A stretch of 64,000 nucleotides of DNA from Polyangiaceae bacterium (GTDB lineage: Bacteria > Myxococcota_A > Polyangia > Polyangiales > Polyangiaceae): assembly GCA_044222475.1 (NCBI GenBank), contig JBGANF010000001.1, forward strand, positions 64,001 to 128,000, given 5' to 3'. This document shows, piece after piece, positions 19,728 through 29,309 of this stretch. The notes under the pieces are model-generated. The model searched no databases. It saw only the letters and a program-made list of their open reading frames with translations, and was not told where the DNA came from. Position 1 is the first letter of the stretch, and each line of letters opens with the position of its first letter. Position numbers and translations under genes: made by a program.

Positions 19728-21668
19728 GTGAACCGAATCGCCGCGCTCGCCCTCGCGAGCGCCCTCCTGCCTGCGTGCGCGTCGGAGCCCGTGGCGGCGC
19801 CGGTGCCGCTCGTCGTCCCCGAGGGCTGCCAGCCGCTCACCGCTGGGACGTCGTGCACGCTCCCCTACCCCTCGGACTTCTTCCTCGAGACGGACGGGGC
19901 GCTGCCGAGCGGACATCGCATCGTGCTTCACGGAGCCGCGAAGCCGCGCACGTTGAGCGACCTCGACGCCGACGTGACCGGGCCGTTCGCCCCCGACGGT
20001 GCGTCGCTGCAACCGACCCTCGCGGCCGTCCTCCCGGGGACGCCGACCGCCAAGGGCCTCCCGAACATCCTCGACGATGCGACCGTGAGCACGAACCTCG
20101 CGTCGAGCCCGACCCTGCTCCTCAAAGGCGATGGAACGCCGATCGCGCACTACGTCGACGTCGACCCGAAGCCGGGCGACGAAGGGCGAATCGCCATCAC
20201 CCTGCGTCCGTTCGCGCCGCTCGATCCGAAGACGCACTACGTCGCGGTGCTGCGCGGCGTGCGGATCGATGGCGATGGATCGTTGGCCCCGCCGGCCGAA
20301 GGTTTCCGGCGCTTGCGCGACCGGCAGCTCGATCTCGACCCGTCGCTGCGGGCGCTCGCGCCGCGGTTCGAGCGCGACGTGTTCGGGCCGCTCGCGAAAG
20401 CCGGCGTCGGCCGTGAGCCGCTGCAGCTCGCGTGGGACTTCACGACCGGCAGCCGCGAGCGGCCGACGGCCGACATGCTGCGCGTGCGCGAGCTCACCCT
20501 CGCGTGGCTCTCGAGCCACGTGCCGAAGGTCACGGTGACCGGCAGCGATCCGCCGACGAGCGACGTCGCGCGGATCGTGCGCGGCACGATCGAGGGTCCC
20601 CGCTGGGTCGATCGCGACGGCGTCGGTGCGATGCTTCACCGCGACGGGAGCGGCGCGGTCGCCGAGAACGGCACGACGACCTGGGACTTCGTCGCGGTGG
20701 TGCCGACGGGGGTGCTCGCCGCGAGCACGCCGGGTCGAGCGCTCGCGTTCGGTCACGGGTTCTTCGGCTCGCGGGACGAGCTCGTGTCGACGACCGGGCA
20801 GAAGATCGTGAGCCGTCTCGGCGCGGTCGCGATCGGCATCGACTGGTGGGGCATGAGCAAGCCCGACCTCGACGCGGTGATCGCGAGCGTGACCGACACG
20901 CCGGCGCGCACGGCGGACTTCGTGGAGCGCGTACACCAAGCGATGTCGAACTGGATGGTCACCACCGCCGCGCTGCGCGGCCCGATGACGTCGCTCGCCG
21001 AAATGAAGGGCCCGACGGATGCCTTGCTGTACGACCCGGCGCACGTCTACTACTTCGGCGCGAGCCAGGCGCACATCCTCGGCGGCGTGATGTGCGCGCT
21101 GAATCCCGACGTGGAGCGCGCCGTGCTCGACGTCGGCGGCGCTGCGTTCACGCACATCATGCCGCGATCGAACGCGTTCGCGGCGTTCCAGTTCATCCTC
21201 GGCTCGACCGTCAACGATCAGCTGACGCTGCAGACGGTGCTTCCGATGCTCGCCGCCGGGCTCGATCGGATCGATCCGGCGAGCTACGCGTCGTGGCTCA
21301 TCGGGAGCAAGTTGCCGCAGAACCCGGATCGGCGAGTGCTCTTGCAAGTCGGCATCGGCGACTCGTCGGTGCCGACGATCGCCGGGTTCTTCCACGCGCG
21401 CGCGCTGGGTCTGTCGCAGACGTCGCCGCCCGCGGTGCCGGTCCTCGGAGTGCCCGCGGCCGACGCGAGCGGGCTGACGTCGGCGATCACGGTGTACGAC
21501 TTCGGGATCCCGCTCGAGGTCTACCGCTCCCCGGTCTCCAAGCCGGACAACGAAGTGCACAACGGGTTGCGCGTCGAGGAGACCGCGCTGGCGCAGATGG
21601 ATGCGTTCCTGAAACCCGACGGCGTCGTGATTCACCCGTGCAACGGGGTCTGTCGCCTGCGACCCTAG
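19728..21668 (+). CDS. Lipoprotein with extracellular lipase-like alpha/beta hydrolase domain
   Basis: Lipobox LPAC, LPYPSDFF, AWDFTT, FGHGFFG, YFGASQA elbow, IGDSSVP. Confidence 0.65.
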   Translation: MNRIAALALASALLPACASEPVAAPVPLVVPEGCQPLTAGTSCTLPYPSDFFLETDGALPSGHRIVLHGAAKPRTLSDLDADVTGPFAPDGASLQPTLAAVLPGTPTAKGLPNILDDATVSTNLASSPTLLLKGDGTPIAHYVDVDPKPGDEGRIAITLRPFAPLDPKTHYVAVLRGVRIDGDGSLAPPAEGFRRLRDRQLDLDPSLRALAPRFERDVFGPLAKAGVGREPLQLAWDFTTGSRERPTADMLRVRELTLAWLSSHVPKVTVTGSDPPTSDVARIVRGTIEGPRWVDRDGVGAMLHRDGSGAVAENGTTTWDFVAVVPTGVLAASTPGRALAFGHGFFGSRDELVSTTGQKIVSRLGAVAIGIDWWGMSKPDLDAVIASVTDTPARTADFVERVHQAMSNWMVTTAALRGPMTSLAEMKGPTDALLYDPAHVYYFGASQAHILGGVMCALNPDVERAVLDVGGAAFTHIMPRSNAFAAFQFILGSTVNDQLTLQTVLPMLAAGLDRIDPASYASWLIGSKLPQNPDRRVLLQVGIGDSSVPTIAGFFHARALGLSQTSPPAVPVLGVPAADASGLTSAITVYDFGIPLEVYRSPVSKPDNEVHNGLRVEETALAQMDAFLKPDGVVIHPCNGVCRLRP

Positions 21669-21669
21669 G

Positions 21670-22110
21670 TCACCGATCCGAGGATTGAACAGGAAGGGCG
21701 GAAGCGCGGAAGGATTTGGGGTGGTAGGGAGTCAGCCGGCGTAAGCCGTTCCGTAGCATCCCGGAGTTGAAATTCACGAGCAAGCCCACCGAGAGACCCG
21801 AGAGTCGTAGATAGGTGATGACCTGTGCCTCGTGGACGGCGAGAAGGCGCTCGACCGTCTTGAGCTCGACAAGGATGGTCTCCTCGACGACGAGGTCGAT
21901 TCGGTATCCGCAGTCGACGCGCACGCCCTTGTAGTTGATCGCGAGCGATCGCTGACGCTCGAACCGGATCTTGCGCAACGTCAGCTCCGCACCGAGACAG
22001 GCTTCGTACGCCGACTCCAACAATCCCGGACCAAGACACCGATGAACCTCGATCATCGCGGCGATGACGGAATCCGTCCCATCCGTGAATCTGCGAGCCT
22101 CCTGTTCCAT
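21670..22110 (-). CDS. GxxExxY protein (PD-(D/E)XK nuclease-like family)
   Basis: EVHRCLGPGLLESAYE, YRIDLVVE...VELK, HEAQVITYL, GLLVNF. Confidence 0.93.
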   Translation of the reverse strand: MEQEARRFTDGTDSVIAAMIEVHRCLGPGLLESAYEACLGAELTLRKIRFERQRSLAINYKGVRVDCGYRIDLVVEETILVELKTVERLLAVHEAQVITYLRLSGLSVGLLVNFNSGMLRNGLRRLTPYHPKSFRASALPVQSSDR

Positions 22111-22207
22111 CACTAGCAATCGGCCCCCGACAAGCCGAAGTTGCTAGCAGAAACCCCCACCCCAAAATCCTTCCGCGCTTCCGCCCTTCCTGTTCAAATC
22201 TCTCGGA
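21677..22207. mobile_element. Putative 531-bp inverted-repeat-bounded GxxExxY cassette
   Basis: Arms 21677-21724 and 22157-22207 are inverted copies (33-nt identical core, 3 single-base indels); mobility is inferred, not shown. Confidence 0.6.
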
Positions 22208-22225
22208 GGTCGCCGTCGACGAGAC

Positions 22226-23488
22226 TCAGCTACCGAGGCGGCTTTTGATCCAGTCTTCGTCGGTCCCTCGCGCGATCACGTGCTCGATCGCGCCATTGCG
22301 GAGGAACACTTCGGCTGGGAGCGCTCTTCCGTTGTAGCGGCTCGCCATCGTGTAGCCGTACGCGCCCGCATCGAGGAGCGCCACCGCCTCGATGTCGCCC
22401 ACCGGCAGCTCGTGATCCCCGAAGTCATCGCTGCTCTCGCAGACGGGACCTACGACGCGATAGGACGTTCGCGGCCCGCCCGCATCCGCCAGCGCGACGA
22501 CGCGGTGCTTCGCTTGGTAGAGCGCCGGGCGAATCAAGTCGTTCATCCCCGCATCCACGATGAGCCACTGGCGAACCCCGCCGCGCGGCACCTTCGTCTG
22601 GACCGTGCGCGCGAGCAGCACCGCGTGCGTGGCGACCAGCGCCCGCCCTGGCTCGACGTGCAGCGCGACGCCGTCGAGACCGCGGTCCCGCGCGAGCGAG
22701 CGCGTCGCCGCGACGAAATCGGCGGGCCGTACCGCGCAGCCCGCGCCGTAGTCGACGCCAAAACCGCCACCCGTGTCGAGGAACGACCACGTGTATTTTG
22801 CACGCAATTCGAGCGCGACGTCGAAGAGCCGCGCCGCCGACGTCAGGTACTCGTCCGTCCGGGTGAACTGAGACCCCACGTGCGCCGACAGCCCGACGAG
22901 CTCGAGCGCGTCCTTCGCGGCATCGACGACAGCGAGCGCATCAGCCAGGTCGGCGCGGGCGACCCCGAACTTGGCCTCGTCGTGGCCGGTCGCGATGTGA
23001 GCGTGCGTCGCGATCTCGTCCGGGTCGATCTCGGGGTTCACCCGGATCGACACCTTGGCCCGCCGCTTCTGCCCGCGAGCGCGCGCCGCGACCCGCGAGA
23101 GCTCCTCGACGCTCTCGATCTGAATCGCGGCGATGGACTCGCTCACGGCCAGGTCGATCTCGTCGTCCCGCTTTCCCACGCCGCTGAAGACGATCGCGCT
23201 CGGCGCGATCCCGCAGCGACGGGCCAGCGCCAGCTCCGGACCGCTGACCACGTCGGCGCCGCAACCCTCGGCGGCGAGCGCGCGAACGATGGGGCCAGCG
23301 CTGTTCGCCTTCACCGCATACGCGACGAGGTGCGGCGCGCCCTCGAACGCGGCTTGCAGCGCTCGCGCCTCGGCCGTGATCGCATCGAGGTCGTACACGT
23401 ACGTCGGCGTCCCATGAGGCCCCAGGATCGACTCGAGGGCGACTCCACCCAGCAACAAACGTCCGCGCGCATCCCGTGACGTGGCCAC
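22226..23488 (-). CDS. lysA: Diaminopimelate decarboxylase
   Basis: YAVKANS, HIATG...KFG, HVGSQ, GGGFG, EPGR, RPALY, GPVCESSD, GAYG..MASRYN. Confidence 0.94.
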   Translation of the reverse strand: MATSRDARGRLLLGGVALESILGPHGTPTYVYDLDAITAEARALQAAFEGAPHLVAYAVKANSAGPIVRALAAEGCGADVVSGPELALARRCGIAPSAIVFSGVGKRDDEIDLAVSESIAAIQIESVEELSRVAARARGQKRRAKVSIRVNPEIDPDEIATHAHIATGHDEAKFGVARADLADALAVVDAAKDALELVGLSAHVGSQFTRTDEYLTSAARLFDVALELRAKYTWSFLDTGGGFGVDYGAGCAVRPADFVAATRSLARDRGLDGVALHVEPGRALVATHAVLLARTVQTKVPRGGVRQWLIVDAGMNDLIRPALYQAKHRVVALADAGGPRTSYRVVGPVCESSDDFGDHELPVGDIEAVALLDAGAYGYTMASRYNGRALPAEVFLRNGAIEHVIARGTDEDWIKSRLGS

Positions 23489-23586
23489 GGCGCGAACTCT
23501 ACTGCGCAGCCGCGCTGCCTGCTCTTTTTTCCGATGGCTTCACGACGCGCCCAAAAGCGCTCGGCCACGCGCTATCCTGCCCTCCC

Positions 23587-24999
23587 GTGACGCCGCGTCG
23601 CACCAAGCTCGTCTGTACCCTCGGTCCCGCGTGTGACTCCGAGGAAGGCCTCGCGCGGCTGGTCGACGTCGGCATGGACGTCGCTCGCTTCAACTTCTCG
23701 CACGGCACGCACGAAGAGCACGCCGCCCGATTCCAGCGCCTGCGCAAGGTGTCCGAGGCGAAGAAGCGCAGCGTCGCAGCGCTGCAGGACCTGTGCGGCC
23801 CCAAGATCCGCACCGGCACCGTCAAGGCGACCTACGATCTTCCGACCGGCACCGACGTCACCCTCGTCGAAGGCAAAGAGAACCCCGACGAGCACACCAT
23901 CGCGATCCAGTACGAAGGCCTGGCCGAAGACGTCCGCGTGGGCGACAAGATCCTCTTCGACGACGGACGCCTCGCGCTCGCCGTCACCGCGGTCGAGAAC
24001 GGCAAGGTTCGCTGCACGATGGAGCAAGGCGGAGGGATGCGCAGCCGCATCGGCGTCCACCTGCCCAGCCGCACCATGCGCGGCGGCGCCCTCACCGAGA
24101 AGGACAAGGCCGACCTTCTGTTCGGCCTCTCGCTCGGCGTGGACTACATCGCCCTGTCGTTCGTGCGCCGCGCGGACGACCTCCGCCTCGTGCGCGACAT
24201 CGTCCAGGCGTGGGGCGCCGACACGCCCATCATCGCCAAGGTGGAGACGCCCGACGCGGTCGACAACCTCGAGGCCGTCATCGCCGCGAGCGACGGCGCG
24301 ATGGTCGCGCGCGGAGACCTCGGCGTGGAGTTCCCACCCGAGCGCGTCCCGATCATCCAACGCCACATGCTCGCGGTCGCGCGTCGCGTGCGCCGCCCGG
24401 TCATCGTCGCGACCGAGATGCTCCAGTCGATGACGAAGAACCCGCGCCCGTCGCGCGCCGAGGCGAGCGACGTCGCGAACGCCGTCTACTCCGGCACCGA
24501 CGCCGTCATGCTCTCCGGCGAGACCGCCAACGGCGACTACCCGTTCGAGAGCGCCAGCATGATGAGCCGCATCTGCGTCGAGGCGGAGAAGAGCCCGTTC
24601 TTCGACCAGGCGCCCCCCTACGCGAGCCGCGCCACGAGCATCGGCGAGGCCATCGCCCGCGGCGCCTGCAACACCGCCCGCGAGATCGGCGCCCGCTACA
24701 TCGTCGCCTTCACCGAGAGCGGCAAGAGCGCGATGACGGTGAGCCTGGCGCGCCCACACGTCCCGGTCGTCGCGTTCTCGCCGAACGCCAAGTCGCGCCG
24801 CCGCATGGCGCTCTTCTGGGGCGTGATTCCCCGCGAGATGCCCCCGATCCACGACCAAGACGCCCTCGTCGACTGGTGCACCGCCGACCTCATGGCCTCC
24901 GGCCTCGCCTCCCCCGGCGAGCGCGTCGTCATCGTGTACGGCGCGCCCATCGGCGTGAGCGGCAGCACGAACGCGATTCGAGTCCACGTGATCGGGTGA
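23587..24999 (+). CDS. pyk: Pyruvate kinase
   Basis: RRTKLVCTLGPA, RFNFSHG, IIAKVE, MVARGDLGVE, ATEMLQSM, DAVMLSGETA; GTG start. Confidence 0.97.
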   Translation: MTPRRTKLVCTLGPACDSEEGLARLVDVGMDVARFNFSHGTHEEHAARFQRLRKVSEAKKRSVAALQDLCGPKIRTGTVKATYDLPTGTDVTLVEGKENPDEHTIAIQYEGLAEDVRVGDKILFDDGRLALAVTAVENGKVRCTMEQGGGMRSRIGVHLPSRTMRGGALTEKDKADLLFGLSLGVDYIALSFVRRADDLRLVRDIVQAWGADTPIIAKVETPDAVDNLEAVIAASDGAMVARGDLGVEFPPERVPIIQRHMLAVARRVRRPVIVATEMLQSMTKNPRPSRAEASDVANAVYSGTDAVMLSGETANGDYPFESASMMSRICVEAEKSPFFDQAPPYASRATSIGEAIARGACNTAREIGARYIVAFTESGKSAMTVSLARPHVPVVAFSPNAKSRRRMALFWGVIPREMPPIHDQDALVDWCTADLMASGLASPGERVVIVYGAPIGVSGSTNAIRVHVIG

Positions 25000-25003
25000 G
25001 GCG

Positions 25004-25204
25004 TTGGCTCGCTTGCTCTTCGCCGTGACGCTCGCCGTCGCGCTCGGCTGCGGTGGAGACGGCGATGCCGCCGGCGCGCGGCTCGGTTGCGAGCGGGGTT
25101 GTGCTCAGCGAAAGAGCCAGTGCGTCGTCGCCGCCACGAACGCGGCCGAGCTCGAGCTGTGCGATCGGAGGCACCAGCGCTGCACGAGCGAGTGCTCGCC
25201 GTGA
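25004..25204 (+). CDS. Small Cys-rich lipoprotein
   Basis: ALGC lipobox; CxxxC-x6-C and C-x6-CxxxC patterns; overlaps the next GTG. Confidence 0.5.
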   Translation: MARLLFAVTLAVALGCGGDGDAAGARLGCERGCAQRKSQCVVAATNAAELELCDRRHQRCTSECSP

Positions 25205-25839
25205 AGCGCGTCCTCGCCGTCTCCGCGGTGGCTCTCTGCATCGGCTGCGCACCGAAGGAGTTCCGCCCGCCCCGCGGCGACCAACCGCACGCCGTGGTCA
25301 AGCTTCGGCGAACCTACGTCACCGGCGGCGGCTCGAACCTCCACGAGAACGCATCCATCCTCACCGACGACGAGACCACGTCGGGCCGCGTGTTCGGGTC
25401 TACCGTCGATTCGTCGCTCGCCGGCGCGCCCCGCGTCGACGGCGTCCTCGTCTGGCCGATGCCGCTCCAGCTCACGCTCGACAGCGATTTCTTTCACTAC
25501 GAGCAGCGGCAGGTGCAGGAGACGTATCAGGTCCAGGTCCCGTACTCCGCGACCGAGACGTACGACTGCTCGTCCGGCTACGGCGCGACCCGCACCTACC
25601 AGACTTGCACCCGCCAGACGACGCAGTACCGCTCCGAGAGCCGCACGCGCAGCGTGACGCGCACGGTGGAGATCAGCGACGGCGCGTGCACCGCGAAGAC
25701 GATCCTCATCCCGGCGCAGGGCCACGTGTACCTTGTAGACTACACGTATCACGCGCGCGGGGCGTGCGAGATGACCTGCGTCGAGCAGGTGGCGCTGCCC
25801 GGTGAAGGGCAGTTCCGAACGCTTCCGTGCCCGCGGTAG
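25201..25839 (+). CDS. Hypothetical lipoprotein
   Basis: GTG start, VALCIGC lipobox, GC3-biased codons. Confidence 0.6.
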   Translation: MKRVLAVSAVALCIGCAPKEFRPPRGDQPHAVVKLRRTYVTGGGSNLHENASILTDDETTSGRVFGSTVDSSLAGAPRVDGVLVWPMPLQLTLDSDFFHYEQRQVQETYQVQVPYSATETYDCSSGYGATRTYQTCTRQTTQYRSESRTRSVTRTVEISDGACTAKTILIPAQGHVYLVDYTYHARGACEMTCVEQVALPGEGQFRTLPCPR

Positions 25840-25854
25840 CACTCGGCCCGAAGC

Positions 25855-25876
25855 GGATGAGCCCACGGGCTCATCC
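25855..25876. terminator. Hairpin between convergent genes
   Basis: ggatgagccc-ac-gggctcatcc, perfect 10-bp inverted repeat; no U-tract. Confidence 0.5.
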
Positions 25877-25908
25877 ATCTCGGTTGAGCGCCCCGCTGTG
25901 CCCTCGGA

Positions 25909-27666
25909 CTAGAAGCCGAACGCCAGCGCGAGCTCGGGCTCGATCGAGAACGTGAACAGGTTGCCGAAGGCGAGCACCGGCCGAACGCCGAGCGAGATCG
26001 CCGCAGGGCCCGCCTTGAAGCGGATGCCGCCGGCAGGCGCGATGTAGATCGGACCACCGAGCGCATGCGCGTCGACTTGGCGCTTTCCGGTCGTCGTTTC
26101 GACTGGAACCGAGACGCTCGCGGTGTAGGGCGAGAAGCCGACGCCGACGCCGAAGTACGGCGCGACGCTCTTCATGACGCCGCCGAGCACGTAGGTGAAG
26201 CGGGCCTCGGCGATGACCGGCGCGGTCGGCATCGGGGTCGAGTAGCTGCCGGGGTAGCCGAAGAAGGCGAACCCGAGGCGCGCACCGATGAGGATGCTCT
26301 GCGTCACCGCATAGTCGAACGAGAGGTGGATGCGCAGGTTGCCGGGAGCGATACCGCCGTTGACCGCGCCCGCCTTGCCGGCGATCTGCTGCGAGAACTC
26401 GGTCGCGTTGTCGAGGCGGGGGTAGTCCTGCGACGACGCGGGGTCGTAGCAGCGGTACCCCTGCTCCGTCGCCGGGAGGGCCTGCGCGTTGACGAGGCAG
26501 ACGTCGCTCGCGCTCGGGAGCACGGTCAGGTCGAAGCCGATGCCGACGCCGATCCACACGCGCTTGAACTTGCTACCGCTCGACTTCGGCTCCGTGCACT
26601 TGAAGTCCTTGCAGGTGCTCGACTGGCACTCGCTGTCGGCTTCGCAGTCCTCGCCTCCGCCCTTGAGGGTCGGGCCGGCGGCCACGCACTTCTCGTCGAT
26701 GCAGCTGCCGCTGTCGCACTCCTCGGACTCGGAGCACTTCTCGCCCTCGCCGAGGAGGGTGTCACCGCGGCAACGGGCACCGGCAGGTCCGTCGGGGCAG
26801 TCGCTCGTCTTCTTGCACTGCTTGGGCGGCGGCTGGTTCGGCAGGTGCGGCGGATCGCCTTCGAGCTCCTTGCGGATCTTGACGATGTGCGGCTGGTTCT
26901 TGCTGCCGGTCGAGGCGATGTTGTCGCCGTCTTCGTTGAACGCTTGGACGTAGAACTTGAAGTCGCCCTCGAGGACGTCCTTGCAGTCGGCCGTGGCGCC
27001 GTAGCCGGAGCCCATCTTCTTGAGCTCGAGGGCCTTGAACTCGGTCGAGCCGTAGCCCTTGTATCGAGCGACGACCTTCTTCACCGTCTCGGAGCCGGTG
27101 TACTCGACGTAGATCGGAACCGGGGTGTCGACGCGCTGCTCGTCGATCTCCTGGAGGGTGAGATCGTTCGAGGCGGGGGCGCCGGTGCCCGTGCCGGTGG
27201 GCGAGCCGGTGCCCGTACCGGTGCCGGTCGGAGCGCCGCCGGCCTTGGTCTTGGCGGCGGCGAAGGCCGCTTCCATCTCCTTCGTCTTGTAGTCCGCGTT
27301 CAGCGTGATGGTCGGGTCGAGCTTGAGCGCTTCGACGAACGCGTTGGTCCCTTCGTCCTTCTTGTTCAGACCGCCGATGAGGACCGTCCCGAGGTCGCGC
27401 TGGAGCGCGGCGCGCAGCTTCGCGTTGCACTTGTCGGTGCCGCACATCTGAATCGCCTGGTTCAGCTTCTGCTGCGCCTTGGTGAACTCGGTGGTGAGGT
27501 AGTCCTCCTCCATCGCCTTCTTCTGGAGCGCGGTCGCCTTGCCCTCGGTCGCCGCGTCGGCCATGGCGCGCGACGAGTTGAGCACGATCGGGAAGACCGC
27601 TCCGAGGAGCGCGAGGCAAACGACCACGGCCTTGGCGGCAAGGTCGAAGCGGGAGGGGCGAGACAT
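25909..27666 (-). CDS. Exported multidomain protein: TPR-like N-terminus, Ig-like domain, Cys-rich repeats, C-terminal beta-barrel-like domain
   Basis: Signal peptide, FVEALKLDP, two C..D.EC.S..C....C repeats, amphipathic strands ending LAFGF. Confidence 0.6.
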   Translation of the reverse strand: MSRPSRFDLAAKAVVVCLALLGAVFPIVLNSSRAMADAATEGKATALQKKAMEEDYLTTEFTKAQQKLNQAIQMCGTDKCNAKLRAALQRDLGTVLIGGLNKKDEGTNAFVEALKLDPTITLNADYKTKEMEAAFAAAKTKAGGAPTGTGTGTGSPTGTGTGAPASNDLTLQEIDEQRVDTPVPIYVEYTGSETVKKVVARYKGYGSTEFKALELKKMGSGYGATADCKDVLEGDFKFYVQAFNEDGDNIASTGSKNQPHIVKIRKELEGDPPHLPNQPPPKQCKKTSDCPDGPAGARCRGDTLLGEGEKCSESEECDSGSCIDEKCVAAGPTLKGGGEDCEADSECQSSTCKDFKCTEPKSSGSKFKRVWIGVGIGFDLTVLPSASDVCLVNAQALPATEQGYRCYDPASSQDYPRLDNATEFSQQIAGKAGAVNGGIAPGNLRIHLSFDYAVTQSILIGARLGFAFFGYPGSYSTPMPTAPVIAEARFTYVLGGVMKSVAPYFGVGVGFSPYTASVSVPVETTTGKRQVDAHALGGPIYIAPAGGIRFKAGPAAISLGVRPVLAFGNLFTFSIEPELALAFGF

Positions 27667-27811
27667 TCTTCGCACGTCGATTCTCCGTTCGAGAGAGTAA
27701 GTGACCCCAGCGACTTACACCGAAACGACCCCTCCAAGCACGCAATAATTGCGGGGAACTTGGAATTGTCCGGTCTTTCGTCGCGGCGCGAGAGTAGCAG
27801 AAACGGCCGGG

Positions 27812-27835
27812 CGAAGGACAAGAGCTTGTCCTTCG
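27812..27835. terminator. Stem-loop downstream of the OmpA gene
   Basis: cgaaggacaa-gagc-ttgtccttcg with a nearby T8/A8 run at 27846-27853. Confidence 0.5.
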
Positions 27836-27851
27836 TTCGAACAGCTTTTTT

Positions 27852-28967
27852 TTAGGGGGTCGACGCCGGAGCTTCGCTGCGGATGAACTGAACGCGGCGG
27901 TTGAGCGCCTTGTTGGCTTCGCTGTTGTTCGGCACGAGTGGCTTGCTCTGGCCATAGCCCTTGGCGATGAGCCGCCCTGGCTCGATCCCGTGGGCCACGA
28001 GGTAGGCACGGACCGAGTCGGCGCGCTGCTGCGAGAGCTTCTGGTTGTACGGGGCGTTGCCGACGTTGTCGGTGTGACCCTGGACCTCGAGGCTGATCTT
28101 CGGGTTGGCCTTCAGGACCGCGACGATCTCGTCGAGGATCTTGAAGCTGATGTCCCCCTTGATGACCGCCTTGTTGAACTCGAACTGGATCTGCTGGGTG
28201 ATCCGGATCTCCTTCGCGGTGACGACGATGAGGGACGGGCAGCCCGGCTTCGGCCCAGTGGGAGAGCCGGGCGTGTTCGGGCACATGTCATCGACGTCGG
28301 CCACGGTGTCCGAGTCGTTGTCCTTGTCGGGGCAGCCGTCGTCATCCTGGAAGCCGTCGAAGTCTTCGGGCTCCTTCGGGCACTTGTCGGCGCCATCGGC
28401 GATGCCGTCCGCGTCGTTGTCCGGATCGGGGCAGCCGTCCTCGTCGAGGTAGCCGTCCTTGTCCTCGGCGATCATCACGCACTGGTCGACCGAGTCCGCG
28501 ATGCCGTCGTTGTCGGAGTCGGGATCGTCGGGGCAGCCGTCGGTGTCGTCGACGCCGTTGTACGTCTCGGGGTCGTTCGGGCACTTGTCGAGCGTGTCGA
28601 CGATGCCGTCGCCATCTTTGTCGCCCGGGCGCGGAATCGGCTTCGGCGCCGCTTGATCGGTGCACTTCTCGGCGTTGGTGTTGGCGAGCGCAGCGTGGGC
28701 GTTCGGCTCGGCGATCTCGACCTGCGCGACGGCGTCGCTGTACTGGCCCTGGTCGAGCTCGGTCTCGGCGAAGCGGAGGTGCGCGCGCGCCAGCGCGAGC
28801 TCGCGCGGGGCACACCGGCGCGCGCCCGCCTTCTCGGCCTTGTCGGCGACGTCGCTGAGGCCGGCGATGCGGCCGCGGAGCTGGGCACCCTGACAACCCG
28901 TCAAGGCAAGCGCGAGGGCGCAGGCGGCGGCGGTGAGCGTGAGGATGACGCGGGGACCGGCGCTCAT
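27852..28967 (-). CDS. DUF4398-TSP3 repeat-OmpA C-terminal domain lipoprotein
   Basis: LTGC lipobox, DxDxDG..D..D.CP repeats, EVQGHTD, NQKLSQQRA, NRRVQF. Confidence 0.92.
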   Translation of the reverse strand: MSAGPRVILTLTAAACALALALTGCQGAQLRGRIAGLSDVADKAEKAGARRCAPRELALARAHLRFAETELDQGQYSDAVAQVEIAEPNAHAALANTNAEKCTDQAAPKPIPRPGDKDGDGIVDTLDKCPNDPETYNGVDDTDGCPDDPDSDNDGIADSVDQCVMIAEDKDGYLDEDGCPDPDNDADGIADGADKCPKEPEDFDGFQDDDGCPDKDNDSDTVADVDDMCPNTPGSPTGPKPGCPSLIVVTAKEIRITQQIQFEFNKAVIKGDISFKILDEIVAVLKANPKISLEVQGHTDNVGNAPYNQKLSQQRADSVRAYLVAHGIEPGRLIAKGYGQSKPLVPNNSEANKALNRRVQFIRSEAPASTP

Positions 28968-29275
28968 TCTTTCGCTCGCGCCTTCTTGGCTGCCTTCGAG
29001 AGCTCGATCGCCTTCTCGGCGTACTCCTCGGCGGTCTGCGCGAAATCCGCCGCGTCGGAGTAGCTCGCCTCGGCGGCTTCGACCTGCGCCTGCTCGAGGT
29101 GGGCCTTCGCGTAGTAGTACTCGTACGGGGCGGCCGTCTCGGCGCCGACCTCTCGCGCTTCTTCGAGGCGGTTCGCGGCGCTGTTCGCGTTCACGGCGTA
29201 GTAGACGCCGCCGCAGCCGGAGAGCAGCGGAAGAGCGAGCAGCCCAAGAGCGAGACCTAGCGCACGCCGAACCAT
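28964..29275 (-). CDS. DUF4398 family lipoprotein
   Basis: LSGC lipobox, GAETAAPYEYYYAKAHL; adjacent to the OmpA gene. Confidence 0.8.
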   Translation of the reverse strand: MVRRALGLALGLLALPLLSGCGGVYYAVNANSAANRLEEAREVGAETAAPYEYYYAKAHLEQAQVEAAEASYSDAADFAQTAEEYAEKAIELSKAAKKARAKE

Positions 29276-29309
29276 CGAGAGGACGCTAACAAGTTTCCTC
29301 GATCCTCGG

